Of a stretch of 64,000 bases of DNA, positions 1-11,181 are shown piece after piece. The stretch is from contig CP070670.1 of NCBI GenBank assembly GCA_020351855.1, forward strand, positions 1,664,846 through 1,728,845, written 5' to 3'. Position numbers and translations under genes: made by a program. Positions within the stretch are counted from its first letter, which is position 1; the number at the start of each line of letters is the position of its first letter. The notes under the pieces were generated by a model that was not told the DNA's origin, did no database searches, and worked only from the letters and a program-made list of their open reading frames with translations. Origin of the DNA: Gemmatimonadota bacterium. Its GTDB lineage: Bacteria > Gemmatimonadota > Gemmatimonadetes > Palauibacterales > Palauibacteraceae.

Positions 1-171
1 CTCCTCGTACGGGATGAAGGCCTCCGGTTCGATCTCGCCGGCCAGGGCGCCCAGCCCGGTGCCCAGCACGATCCCGAGCTCGGGGGCGAGATCCGCCCGC
101 TGGCGAATCGCGTCGGCCGCGCCCCGCACCGTCTCCATCGTGATGCCGTCCGTCTGCTTATCGCTGCTCAT
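1..171 (-). CDS. punA: purine nucleoside phosphorylase (PunA-type), 5' fragment only (N-terminal ~57 aa; gene continues beyond window start)
   Basis: Reverse-strand translation from the ATG at 169-171 gives MSSDKQTDGITMETVRGAADAIRQRADLAPELGIVLGTGLGALAGEIEPEAFIPYEE. This matches the PunA N-terminus and its GxxLGSGLG motif. The ATG overlaps the yggS stop codon (ATGA). Confidence 0.6.
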   Translation of the reverse strand, partial: MSSDKQTDGITMETVRGAADAIRQRADLAPELGIVLGTGLGALAGEIEPEAFIPYEE

Positions 172-917
172 TCGGCTCCCGTCCGGTTTGACTCCGCCGA
201 CTCGATCCACTCCGAAGCGTGCTCGCCCGGTCGGGGGCCGACGAGCACCGTCCCGAGCCGGAGGCGCGTGCTTCCCTCTTCAACCGCAATCTCGAAGTCG
301 TTGCTCATTCCCATGGAGAGCACCCGCGCCTCGAACCCCCGCACCTGGCGGCCGCACCGCTCGAACAGCTCCCGCGTCGTCCTGAACACCTGGCGCAGCG
401 CCCGCTCATCGGACGTGAAGGGCGCCATCGTCATCAGGCCGACGACCTCCAGGAGATCGAGCTCGACGATGTGGGGCGCCGCCTCCAGCACCTCGCCCCC
501 CCGGAACCCGCCCTTCGTCTCCTCGCCGGAGACGTTCACCTCGAGCAGCACCTCGAGCCGCTCGCCCCCCGCCCTCTCCACCTCCGCCGCCAGCTTGCGC
601 GCCAGCCGCACGGAGTCCACCGACTCGACGACATCGAACAGCGCGACGGCGCGCCGAGCCTTGTTGCGCTGCAGGTGACCGATCATGTGCCACCGCAGCC
701 CGAGCCGGCCCACCACACCCTGCTTTTCCTCCGCCTCATCCACCCGGTTCTCGCCGATGATCGGCAGACCGGCAGCGGCTACGGCTCGCAGCGCGGAGAC
801 CGGGTGCCCCTTCGTGACCGCAACGACCTCGATGTCGGCGGGTGGCCGTCCCGCCCGGCGGGCGGCGGCGTCGATCCGCGTTCTGACCGCGGCGATCCGT
901 TCTCCCAGGTCACTCAT
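168..917 (-). CDS. yggS: YggS-family pyridoxal-phosphate homeostasis protein (PLPBP)
   Basis: Carries the motifs VAVTKGHP, IGENRVDE and HMIGHLQRNK of the alanine-racemase-N-fold YggS family. The ORF is open to 947, but M11 (MSDLGERIAAV) at 917 fits family N-termini better. Confidence 0.85.
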   Translation of the reverse strand: MSDLGERIAAVRTRIDAAARRAGRPPADIEVVAVTKGHPVSALRAVAAAGLPIIGENRVDEAEEKQGVVGRLGLRWHMIGHLQRNKARRAVALFDVVESVDSVRLARKLAAEVERAGGERLEVLLEVNVSGEETKGGFRGGEVLEAAPHIVELDLLEVVGLMTMAPFTSDERALRQVFRTTRELFERCGRQVRGFEARVLSMGMSNDFEIAVEEGSTRLRLGTVLVGPRPGEHASEWIESAESNRTGAE

Positions 918-1061
918 GCTCACGATCGCGGCCGAAAGTACCCTCACCGTCCTCGCCCGTCGAGGCCGTCCCGCTGCGTCCGGATCCGGGCAGCCCGGCC
1001 TGGCCTGCGGCCCAGCGCCCGGACATTCGAGATTTCGTTCCGGTACCGGCGCACAACGCCA

Positions 1062-1100
1062 AAAAGAAAGAGCCGCCCGCGGCGCGAGCGGCTCTCTCGG
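1062..1100 (-). terminator. rho-independent terminator downstream of tonB
   Basis: On the minus strand, a GC hairpin (agagccgctcgcgccgcgggcggctct) is followed by tttcttttt, immediately 3' of the tonB stop. Confidence 0.6.
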
Positions 1101-1143
1101 GTCGGCGACCGCGGGACCGACGGGCGGTCCCGCCGGCTTTCTC

Positions 1144-1812
1144 CTATCGCACCTCGAACGTAATGGCCTGGGCCACCCAGACCGGCGTCTTCTTGTCGCG
1201 GTTCATGGCCGGCGAGAACTTCATCTTGTCCGCCGTGCCCATCGCCGCCTTGTCCATCGCCTCGTACCCGCTCGTCTTCTGGACCTGCGTCTTCAGCACG
1301 ACGCCGTTCTCGTCGATGTAGATCCAGAGCACGACGGTGCCCTCGATGCCGGCCTCGCGCAGCTGAGACGGGTAGAGCCGCTGGAGCAGCTTCTGGATCT
1401 CGCTGGCGTTCTTCAACTTGGGCGCCACGTCGTAAGGGATGAACGACGGCCGATCCGCCGGGCTTCCCGTCTTCGGCGGCGGCGGGAGATTCTCCACCGG
1501 GTTCGACTCGAAGGTCGTGGGCGCGATCGTCACGTCCTCCGCGATGTCCGCGGCCGCGACCCGTGGCGTGGCAGGACGGGAGATCTGCTCGGGGGGCGGC
1601 GGGATCTGCACTTCCGGCGGCAGCTCGATCGTCTCGATCGCCTCGTCCGACCCCGACAGGTCGGCCGCCTGCAGGTTCGGGAAGAAGGCGAAGAGCGCAA
1701 AGTGCACGGCCACGGCCCCGATGATCCCGTAGGCCAGCCAGTTGGAGGCGTTGCGCTTGAAGGCGTCGTTGGCGGTCTCTTGCACCGATCCTGACCTGGT
1801 GGAATGGGACAT
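1144..1812 (-). CDS. tonB: energy transducer TonB
   Basis: N-terminal TM anchor, Pro-rich spacer (PPEVQIPPPPEQ), and a C-terminal TonB domain (GTVVLWIYIDENGVV...KTSGYEAMDKAA). Confidence 0.85.
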   Translation of the reverse strand: MSHSTRSGSVQETANDAFKRNASNWLAYGIIGAVAVHFALFAFFPNLQAADLSGSDEAIETIELPPEVQIPPPPEQISRPATPRVAAADIAEDVTIAPTTFESNPVENLPPPPKTGSPADRPSFIPYDVAPKLKNASEIQKLLQRLYPSQLREAGIEGTVVLWIYIDENGVVLKTQVQKTSGYEAMDKAAMGTADKMKFSPAMNRDKKTPVWVAQAITFEVR

Positions 1813-1826
1813 CGGCAGAATCCTCC

Positions 1827-2273
1827 CTACCTCCTGGGTCGTTGCAGACGTTGCTCCAGCCGGGTCGCGAAAGTCACCCGCACCGCTCCGGCCGCCTGAA
1901 GCTGCTTTGTAATCGTGTTGATCTTGCTGTAGGGAACGTCCCGGTCGCCGCGCACGGCAATCACGATCTCCCGGTTCTGCGCATAAATGGGACGAACGAC
2001 CCGGGCAATGTCCTCATCGGCGATCGCCTGGTCGTTGATCCACACCTGTCCCACGTTGTCGATCCACAGGTGCAGGATGTTCTTGCGCTTCTCGTCGATC
2101 TTCCTCGTGGCCTCGGCGCTGACCCAGTCGATCTCACGCTTCTTCTCGCGCCGGAAGACCGTCGTCACCATGAAGAAGATCAGCAGCAGGAAGGCGATAT
2201 CCGCCATGGACGAGGACGGAATGTCGCTGCTCGCCCCGGACCTCCGTTTGAAACCGCCCGCCTTCACCGCCAT
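1827..2273 (-). CDS. exbD: biopolymer transport protein ExbD/TolR
   Basis: ExbD signature MADIAFLLLIFFMVTT TM helix and a periplasmic domain. It sits in a tonB-exbB-exbD cluster. Confidence 0.85.
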   Translation of the reverse strand: MAVKAGGFKRRSGASSDIPSSSMADIAFLLLIFFMVTTVFRREKKREIDWVSAEATRKIDEKRKNILHLWIDNVGQVWINDQAIADEDIARVVRPIYAQNREIVIAVRGDRDVPYSKINTITKQLQAAGAVRVTFATRLEQRLQRPRR

Positions 2274-2277
2274 AGCG

Positions 2278-2700
2278 TCATTCTCCTACCATCTGCAGCG
2301 AGATGCGTTCCGCGCCCGCCTTCTTCACCTCGTCGAGCACATTGATCATGTGGCGGTAGGCGGCCGACGGGTCGGTCTTGATCGCCGCGATCAGGTTCTC
2401 GTTCGCCGCCAGCTCCTGCCGCAGGATGCCCTCGACCTGCCGGTACGCCACGATCTGCTCCTGCTCGCTCTCCCCACGCCGCACGGTCACCGAACCGTCC
2501 GGCTGAACGATGAGGAAGAGGATGTTCTTCGCGGAGACCTCCTGCTCCTCCTTCTCCTCCGGCAGGACGATCGGGAGGCCCTTTTCCTCGTTGAACACCG
2601 TGGTGGTGAGGAAAAAGACGAGCAGCAGGAACGCGATGTCCGCCATCGAGGCGGTCGGGATCTCGTCGGAAACGCGCTGCTTTCGGCTGAGAATCGGCAT
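2278..2700 (-). CDS. exbD: biopolymer transport protein ExbD/TolR (second paralog)
   Basis: MADIAFLLLVFFLTTTVF helix. This is a paralog of the adjacent exbD. Confidence 0.85.
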   Translation of the reverse strand: MPILSRKQRVSDEIPTASMADIAFLLLVFFLTTTVFNEEKGLPIVLPEEKEEQEVSAKNILFLIVQPDGSVTVRRGESEQEQIVAYRQVEGILRQELAANENLIAAIKTDPSAAYRHMINVLDEVKKAGAERISLQMVGE

Positions 2701-2771
2701 CGGAGCCCCTCGGAAAACCTAAATCCTGTCTCGCTGTGTGCTCAGTCGCTCACCCCCCGCCAACCAGCGGC

Positions 2772-3392
2772 CTACGCCTCGCCTCCGCCTGGCTCCTCGC
2801 GCTCCGCGCGCGTGTCCAGGGACCAGACCAGGTCGAGAACCGCCTGCGCTCCCTCCTCCATGTCCGCGACGAGCTGGTCGATGCGGGTGACGAAGAAGTT
2901 ATACGCCACGTTCACCGGAATGGCGATTGCCAGGCCGGTGGCCGTGGTGATCAGCGCTACCTTGATACCCCCGGCCACCAGTCCAGGCTCCACCTGCCCG
3001 GCCACCTCGATCGCCTGGAAGGCCAGGATCATCCCGATCACCGTCCCGAGGAAGCCGAGCATCGGCGCGACGTTCGCGATCGTCGCCAGCACCGGAAGCC
3101 CGCGCTCCAGAAAGCCGAGCTCGATCGAGCCGGTCGTCGAGATCGCCTTGGCCACGTCGGACCCGGTATGCCGCTCCTGCACGCGGCGCAGTCCGGCCAG
3201 TAGAATCGCCGCCACCGGCCCCCGCGTGGCCTCGGCCGTCCGGATCGCCTCGCCGAGCCTTCCGCTCCTGCCGAGCGCCTCGATCTCTTCGAGGAGTCGC
3301 TGGGACTCGCGGTGCGCGACCCAGAGGGTCCAACCCTTGGCGATGATGACCCCGAGCGCCACGAGCGAGCACAGGATGAGGGGGTACATCAT
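2772..3392 (-). CDS. exbB: MotA/TolQ/ExbB proton channel
   Basis: MotA/ExbB helices (PMLGFLGTVIGMILAF...GIKVALITTATGLAIAIP). The ORF extends to 3497, but the likely start is Met36/37 (MMYPLILCS) at 3392. Confidence 0.85.
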   Translation of the reverse strand: MMYPLILCSLVALGVIIAKGWTLWVAHRESQRLLEEIEALGRSGRLGEAIRTAEATRGPVAAILLAGLRRVQERHTGSDVAKAISTTGSIELGFLERGLPVLATIANVAPMLGFLGTVIGMILAFQAIEVAGQVEPGLVAGGIKVALITTATGLAIAIPVNVAYNFFVTRIDQLVADMEEGAQAVLDLVWSLDTRAEREEPGGGEA

Positions 3393-3543
3393 GAAGCCGC
3401 CGTCGGAGAACAACGTGAGGAGCTGATAACTGGTGTCGACCTGCTCCAAACTTCCTACCTCCCGAAGGGGCCATGGCCGCGTCCTGTCGGACGCCACGCG
3501 CTACGAAACAGGCGGCAAATATTACCCTGCGGGCCAGATCGCG

Positions 3544-4563
3544 TCAAACGGCGAGGCCGGGACCCCGGCCGGCCCCCGCACGCGGCTCTTCGGCCGCCCC
3601 AGGCTCCTCCGCCGCGCCCTCCACCGCGCCCTCGACGTCAGGCGGCGCGACCCGTTCCTCCACCGCGCCCTCGCCCCCCGGCCCGGCCCCCTCGGCCCCC
3701 GCCCCGGAGGGCTCCGTCGGGGGTAGCACCGGTCCCCTCCCCCGTCCCGCCGGTACGAGGTCTCTCCAGCGTGCGCCCTCCGCGCTCCCGGCGGCCGTCA
3801 GCGAGCGCCCGCGGGACAGGTGGGCCCGCAGGCGATCCTGGTCCAGATCGCGGAAGAGCTGGCCGCCGGCGGCGAGCGACACGCGGCTCGTCTCCTCCGA
3901 TACCACCACCACGAAGGCATCCGTCTCCTCCGAGAGGCCGATCGCGGCCCGGTGGCGCATGCCCAGCGACTTGTCGCGAACCGGAAACTGGGTCAGCGGG
4001 AGGGGTGCTCCGGCCGCGATGATCTTGTCTCCGCGCACGATCACCGCCCCGTCGTGCAGCGGGGAGTACGGCGTGAAGATCGTCGCGAGGAGATCGGCCG
4101 ACACATCCGCTTCGAAGCGGGTGCCCCGGTCCGCATACTCGCCGAGCCCGACCTCGCGCTCGACCGCGATGAGCCCCCCGATCTTGGCGCGCGACAGGCG
4201 CTCCGTCGCCTTGACGATCTCCTCGACGACCTCGCTCTCCTCGAACCGCCCGAGGAAGCTCCACAGGCGGCTCCGCCCGAGCTGGGCGAGGGCGTTTCGC
4301 AGCTCCGGCTGGAACACCACGATCAGGGCGAACACGCCGTAGGTGAAGGCCTGCGACAGGATGGCGGTGATCAGTCCGAGCTCCAGGAGCTGGGCCACCA
4401 CGTACACGGCGACCAGCAGCACGAGGCCCACCAGGATCTGGAAGGCCCGCGTGCCGGTCCACAAGACGAGGATGCGGTAGATGAGGTAGGAGACGATCAG
4501 GATCTCGATCGCGTCCTTCCAGTCGAGCTGGAGGAAGCCCAGGTACTCCGACAGGGTGCTCAT
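3544..4563 (-). CDS. cdaA: diadenylate cyclase CdaA (c-di-AMP synthase) with C-terminal Ala/Gly/Glu/Pro-rich tail
   Basis: Three N-terminal TM helices and the DAC domain motifs TPYSPLHDGAVIVRGDKIIAAGAPLPL and RHRAAIGLSEETDAFVVVVSEETSRVSLA. The folP-cdaA synteny is conserved. Confidence 0.85.
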   Translation of the reverse strand: MSTLSEYLGFLQLDWKDAIEILIVSYLIYRILVLWTGTRAFQILVGLVLLVAVYVVAQLLELGLITAILSQAFTYGVFALIVVFQPELRNALAQLGRSRLWSFLGRFEESEVVEEIVKATERLSRAKIGGLIAVEREVGLGEYADRGTRFEADVSADLLATIFTPYSPLHDGAVIVRGDKIIAAGAPLPLTQFPVRDKSLGMRHRAAIGLSEETDAFVVVVSEETSRVSLAAGGQLFRDLDQDRLRAHLSRGRSLTAAGSAEGARWRDLVPAGRGRGPVLPPTEPSGAGAEGAGPGGEGAVEERVAPPDVEGAVEGAAEEPGAAEEPRAGAGRGPGLAV

Positions 4564-5465
4564 CGTGGGGCACCTGCGGGTGCGTCTTCGGCTGCGCCGG
4601 CACGGCGAATCGCCTCGGCGAGGTCCAGGGCCCGCCGGGCCGGGCCCACATCGTGCACCCTGAACAAACGCGCACCCCGCTCCAGCGCGACGACGCAGGC
4701 TCCGATCGTCGCCTCGAGCCGCTCGTGCACGGGAAGATCGAGCAGCATGCCGATGAACGACTTACGGGACGGGCCCACCATGATCGGGACGTCGAGGGAG
4801 CCGAACTTGCCGACCTCCGCCAGCAGACGCAGGCTGCCCTCGGGCGACTTGCCGAAGCCGATGCCCGGATCCACGACGAGCTGCTTCCTGGAGCAGCCGG
4901 CCGAGACCGCCGCGTCGATCGAGCGCTCGAGCGAGGCCCGCACCTCCGCGATCAGGTCGGCGTACTCCACGTCCCGCTGCATGGTGCGCGGATCGCCCCG
5001 CCGGTGCATGAGCACGAGGCCGGCCCCCGACTCGGCCGCCAGCCGCCCGATCCGGGGCTCGACCTCCAGCCCCGACACGTCGTTGATCACCGCGGCGCCC
5101 AACTCCAGCGCCCGCTCCGCAACGATCGCCTTCGTCGTATCCACGGAGAGCGGCACGGCCAGCGACCTCCGCAGGCGCTCGAGGACGGGCGCCAGACGAT
5201 CCCACTCCTCGTCGGCCGGAACGGCCGGCGCCCCCGGCCGCGTCGATTCCGCACCGATGTCGATGAGATCCGCGCCCTCGGCGGCCAGCGAGAGGGCGCG
5301 TTCCTCGGCCGCGGCCGGCTCGAGGTAGACGCCCCCATCGGAGAAGGAATCGGGCGTGACGTTCAGGACGCCGACGACGACCGGTCGCCCGAGATCGACC
5401 GTTCGGCCCCGGATGTGCCAGACGGCGGGGTCGCCAGCGGCCGGCTCCGGGGCCCAACCGGGCAT
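4560..5465 (-). CDS. folP: dihydropteroate synthase
   Basis: Pterin-binding domain (VGVLNVTPDSFSDGG...IDIGAESTRPG...VDPGIGFGK). The start was taken at MPGWAPEP (ATG at 5463-5465), because the ORF upstream of that would run into the ftsH 3' end. Confidence 0.85.
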   Translation of the reverse strand: MPGWAPEPAAGDPAVWHIRGRTVDLGRPVVVGVLNVTPDSFSDGGVYLEPAAAEERALSLAAEGADLIDIGAESTRPGAPAVPADEEWDRLAPVLERLRRSLAVPLSVDTTKAIVAERALELGAAVINDVSGLEVEPRIGRLAAESGAGLVLMHRRGDPRTMQRDVEYADLIAEVRASLERSIDAAVSAGCSRKQLVVDPGIGFGKSPEGSLRLLAEVGKFGSLDVPIMVGPSRKSFIGMLLDLPVHERLEATIGACVVALERGARLFRVHDVGPARRALDLAEAIRRAGAAEDAPAGAPR

Positions 5466-5484
5466 CGTCAGTCGCGCGCCGGGC

Positions 5485-7482
<1,998 letters not shown>

Positions 7483-7518
7483 CCGTACGATCCGATCTAT
7501 TCGAAATCCGTCACCCGG

Positions 7519-8106
7519 CTACTCGGCCAGGCTCGCTATGAACGGGAGGTGGCGAAAGTCCTCCGCATGATCCAAGCCGTACCCCACCAGGAACTCCAGC
7601 GGCGCATCGAAACCGACCCAGCGCGGCTCCAGCGCGAGCCGGCGGGCGATGTGCTTGTGAAGCAGCGCGCAGATCTCCAGGGACTTGGGCTGCCTGGCCT
7701 GCAGCGCCTCGATCATCAGGCTCAAGGTGTTCCCGCTGTCGACGATGTCCTCCACCAAGATGACGTTTCGGCCGGCGAGGGGGGCCGCGGGATCGTACAG
7801 CAGCTGCACATCGCCCGATGAGGTCGTCCCCGCGCCGTAGCTCGAGGCCACGAGAAAATCGACCTGCAGCGGACGGCCGATGTGGCGCACGAGGTCGCTG
7901 AGGAAGATGAAGGATCCCTTCAGCAGGCCCAGGACCAGCAGGTCATCCTCCCCCTCGTAACAGGAGGTGATCTCCCGGCCGATGCGCGCGACCTCCTTGG
8001 CGATCTGCTGCGGCGTGTAGACGATCCGCCGGATGGGACGACCGCCCGTTCGTCGATCGACGTCCAGGTCCGCCTCCCCGTGGCGCATGGCCGTGGTTTC
8101 CGTCAT
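7519..8106 (-). CDS. hpt: hypoxanthine phosphoribosyltransferase
   Basis: PRTase motif VILVEDIVDSGNTL. The start is the ATG at 8104-8106, which overlaps the tilS stop (ATGA). This is the classic tilS-hpt-ftsH synteny. Confidence 0.85.
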   Translation of the reverse strand: MTETTAMRHGEADLDVDRRTGGRPIRRIVYTPQQIAKEVARIGREITSCYEGEDDLLVLGLLKGSFIFLSDLVRHIGRPLQVDFLVASSYGAGTTSSGDVQLLYDPAAPLAGRNVILVEDIVDSGNTLSLMIEALQARQPKSLEICALLHKHIARRLALEPRWVGFDAPLEFLVGYGLDHAEDFRHLPFIASLAE

Positions 8107-9566
8107 CCGCGCTCCTGCCTCTCCTCGATGTCGATGATCAGCGGTCCCGCGTTCCCCTCCGGTCCTTCCGCCGCCGGGTCGGATGCCGCGCGGGCCACCC
8201 GCCACACCCAGAACACGCGGCCGGCCCGGTCCGCCACGACCGGGATGCTGCGCCGTTCGGATAGCGGCACCCGGCGATCCACGAACAGCCGCTTCAGCTT
8301 GCGGGTCCCTCCCCGCAGCCTGATCCGGTCGCCCGGCAACCACGCCCGGACTTCGAGCGGAAACCGCACCTCCTCGGCCCGCAGCTCCAAGGGGCTTTCC
8401 ACCTCCGGAACGGGAGGTGAAGGTTCACCCGCTTCGCCGCGCTCGGACTCCTGGCGGTCCGTGTCAACTACGCCACCCGGCACGCCGGGCCCGCGTCCAC
8501 CGGCTTCGCGTTCCCGCCGCCAGCGCACGCGGAAGTGACGGCCGCCCAGCTCGATCTCGCCCTCGCCGGGCGCTTCGTCCGTGATCCGCAGCACCGTCCT
8601 CGCCTCCCCGGGCGAGACCGGGCCCAGCCACAGCAAACCGAACTCGCGGCGCAACTCCAGGCCACCACCCACGTCCACGGACGCTCCGCTACGCCCGCCT
8701 CTGATAAACTCGACCGCCGCGCGCGTTCCTCCCCGCGACAGCCGTACGCCGAGCTTTTCCGCCAGGTGGGCGAGCGCCCTCGCCTGCACGACCGGATGAT
8801 ACCGGACAAGGACGGCTCGCTCAAACCCCATTCCCCGGTCGCTTGTCCTAACTTCTGCTCCGCAAAGCGCTTGCTTCGCCTGGACCAACAGCGCCCGATC
8901 CGCCCGGCGGGCGGACGCGGCGAGCCGGACCAGCCGCACCCGCACCGGTGCGTCCCATGCCGCCTCAAGAGCTGGAAGCACCCGGGTGCGAATGACGACC
9001 CGCTTCCAGCGCGGATCGGTGTTCGATGGATCGGTCAGGTAGGCGATCCCGCGCTCCGACAGGTAGGACTCCAGCTCCTCCCGCCAGAAGGGGAGCAGCG
9101 GGCGGGCGATGATGCCCCGCATCTCCGGTATCCCGGCCAGCCCCCGAATTCCGGTTCCCCTGAGGATCCGGAACAGGACGGTCTCGGCCTGATCGTCCGC
9201 ATGATGGGCCGTCGCGATCCGGTCAGCCGAGATCTCGGCGGCCGTCGCGTGCAGAAACGCGTAGCGGGCGGCGCGGAGCGCGGCCTGGCGGGGCGGCAGT
9301 GGATGAAAGGGATGGCCGACGTGGCAGCGGACGCCGAGCTGCTCGGTCCACGCCGCCACCTGCCGCGCCTCTTCCGCGCTGTCGGATCGAATCGCGTGGT
9401 CGAAGTGGGCCGCGACCAGCTCCCAGCGATGATCAGCGGCGAGGGCGCGGATCAGATGGAGGAGAGCAACGGAATCGGGTCCGCCGGAGATCGCCAGCAG
9501 GATCCGGCTTCCGGGGGGTAGCAGGCGGGAGCGACGCGCGAGATGCGCCGCAAGGCGGTCTTCGAT
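8103..9566 (-). CDS. tilS: tRNA(Ile)-lysidine synthetase; 5' end uncertain (no canonical start upstream of the PP-loop)
   Basis: The ORF track starts at an internal GTG (9359), but the same frame is open up to a stop at 9576-9578. It encodes ...RILLAISGGPDSVALLHLIRALAADHRWELVAAHFDHAIRSDSAEEARQVAAW, which contains the PP-loop SGGxDS. No ATG/GTG/TTG lies in that stretch, so the 5' coordinate here is an approximate ATC/CTG position. Confidence 0.8.
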   Translation of the reverse strand: MEDRLAAHLARRSRLLPPGSRILLAISGGPDSVALLHLIRALAADHRWELVAAHFDHAIRSDSAEEARQVAAWTEQLGVRCHVGHPFHPLPPRQAALRAARYAFLHATAAEISADRIATAHHADDQAETVLFRILRGTGIRGLAGIPEMRGIIARPLLPFWREELESYLSERGIAYLTDPSNTDPRWKRVVIRTRVLPALEAAWDAPVRVRLVRLAASARRADRALLVQAKQALCGAEVRTSDRGMGFERAVLVRYHPVVQARALAHLAEKLGVRLSRGGTRAAVEFIRGGRSGASVDVGGGLELRREFGLLWLGPVSPGEARTVLRITDEAPGEGEIELGGRHFRVRWRREREAGGRGPGVPGGVVDTDRQESERGEAGEPSPPVPEVESPLELRAEEVRFPLEVRAWLPGDRIRLRGGTRKLKRLFVDRRVPLSERRSIPVVADRAGRVFWVWRVARAASDPAAEGPEGNAGPLIIDIEERQERG

Positions 9567-9838
9567 GGGCGCGGTCTACTCTCTTCCGCTTCGGAGGCCC
9601 GGGATCCTCTCTCGCCAGCGGCTGGCCGAGCGATGGAAGGCGAGGCGCTCAGGCACCGGGACGCCGAAGCGACTCGCCGGCAGGGAGGCGCTGGTCCCCT
9701 CCGGCTCGGGCGACGGGGCGGTCTCGCCCTCGAGCGAGGATTGGGCAAGCTCCTCCTTGGCCGTCGGATCGACGCGGGCATCGTGCCCCAGCACGTAGGT
9801 GCGCACGGCCCGCCTGACGTCGATCCTCCCCGGCACGC

Positions 9839-10396
9839 TCACACCTCCATGACCTCCTCCTCTTTCTTCGCGAGGAGGCTGTCGATCGTCGCGACGTGCT
9901 TGTCGGTCAGATCCTGCAGTTCGTGGAGGCGACGATGCAGTTCGTCTTCGCCGATCTCGCCCTCCCGCTTCATCGTCTCCAGGTCCTTCTTGGCCACGTG
10001 GCGGACGTGGCGCACGGACACCCGCCCTTCCTCGGCCATCCGGTGCAGCACCTTGACCATTTCCAGCCGTCGCTCCTCGGTCAGGGGGGGCACGGGCACG
10101 CGGATGATGTTGCCGTCCACGGAAGGATTGAGGCCGAGGTCGGCCGACTGGATCGCTGTCGCGATGCTGCCGGCAACGCTGGCGTCGTAAGGATGGACCA
10201 CGAGCAACTGAGGCTCCGGGACGGTCACGTTGGCGAGCTGATTGATCGGCATGACGGACCCGTACGCGTCGACCCGGACCGTCTCGAGGATCATCGGGGT
10301 GGCCTTGCCGGTCCGCACGCTCGTGAACTCGCGCCGCACGGCCTCGATCGCCTTGTCCATGGAAGCCGAAGCCTCTCGCATCTTCTCCCCGGCCAT
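9839..10396 (-). CDS. frr: ribosome recycling factor
   Basis: RRF family throughout (RVPVPPLTEERRLEMVK...). Start taken at MAGEK (ATG at 10394-10396). Confidence 0.9.
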   Translation of the reverse strand: MAGEKMREASASMDKAIEAVRREFTSVRTGKATPMILETVRVDAYGSVMPINQLANVTVPEPQLLVVHPYDASVAGSIATAIQSADLGLNPSVDGNIIRVPVPPLTEERRLEMVKVLHRMAEEGRVSVRHVRHVAKKDLETMKREGEIGEDELHRRLHELQDLTDKHVATIDSLLAKKEEEVMEV

Positions 10397-10439
10397 CCTT
10401 CTCCCTCCTTCCGTTCCTCGGCCCACCCGCCGGGTGGGA

Positions 10440-11162
10440 TCACGCCACGATCGTGCCGATCCGGTCGCCGCACAGCGCGTTGAGGATCGCCCCGGGGCGG
10501 CGGATGTTGAGCACGATGACCGGCAGATCGTTCTCCTTGCACAGGGACACGGCCGCCGCGTCCATCACCCCGAGTTCGCGCGTCATCACCTCGAGGTACG
10601 AGATGCGCGGTATGAACTCGGCATCCGGGTGGGCCTCCGGGTCGGCCGTGTAGACGCCGTCGACCTTGGTGGCCTTCAGGATGACATCGGCCTCCACCTC
10701 GATCGCCCGCAGGACGGCTGCCGTGTCGGTCGAAAAATAGGGGTTTCCGGTGCCGCCCGCGAAGATCACCACGCGTCCCTTTTCGAGGTGCCGCAGGGCG
10801 CGCCGGCGAATGTAGGGCTCGGCCAGTTCATCCATGCGGATCGCGCTCATCACGCGGGTGTCGATCCCGCTGCGCTCCAGCATGTCCTGCAGGGCCAGCG
10901 CGTTGATGATGGTGGCGAGCATCCCCATGTAGTCGGCGCTGACCCGGTCCATGCCCCGACTGCTCGCGACCGTGCCCCGCACGATGTTCCCGCCCCCCAC
11001 GACCACGCCGAGCTTGACCCCGGCTTCGTGCACCTTGCCGATCTCGCGGGTGAGGTCCTCGATCACGGGCGGCTCGATGCCGAACCCCCGGTCCCCGGCG
11101 AGCGACTCGCCGGAGAGCTTCACCCCCGCGCGGCGGTACTTGAGGGTGTTCGGCTCGCTCAT
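10440..11162 (-). CDS. pyrH: uridylate kinase
   Basis: Amino-acid kinase fold ([11 protein letters not shown]...[15 protein letters not shown]). Confidence 0.9.
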   Translation of the reverse strand: MSEPNTLKYRRAGVKLSGESLAGDRGFGIEPPVIEDLTREIGKVHEAGVKLGVVVGGGNIVRGTVASSRGMDRVSADYMGMLATIINALALQDMLERSGIDTRVMSAIRMDELAEPYIRRRALRHLEKGRVVIFAGGTGNPYFSTDTAAVLRAIEVEADVILKATKVDGVYTADPEAHPDAEFIPRISYLEVMTRELGVMDAAAVSLCKENDLPVIVLNIRRPGAILNALCGDRIGTIVA

Positions 11163-11181
11163 CAGCGGGCGACCGGCCGAC

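Noticed and set aside
685-5328. Long plus-strand ORFs (685-1794, 1987-3426, 3312-4022, 3820-5328) overlapping tonB/exbBD/cdaA/folP
   Set aside because: They are antisense to strongly supported minus-strand genes, with Arg/Ala/Pro-rich composition and no motifs.
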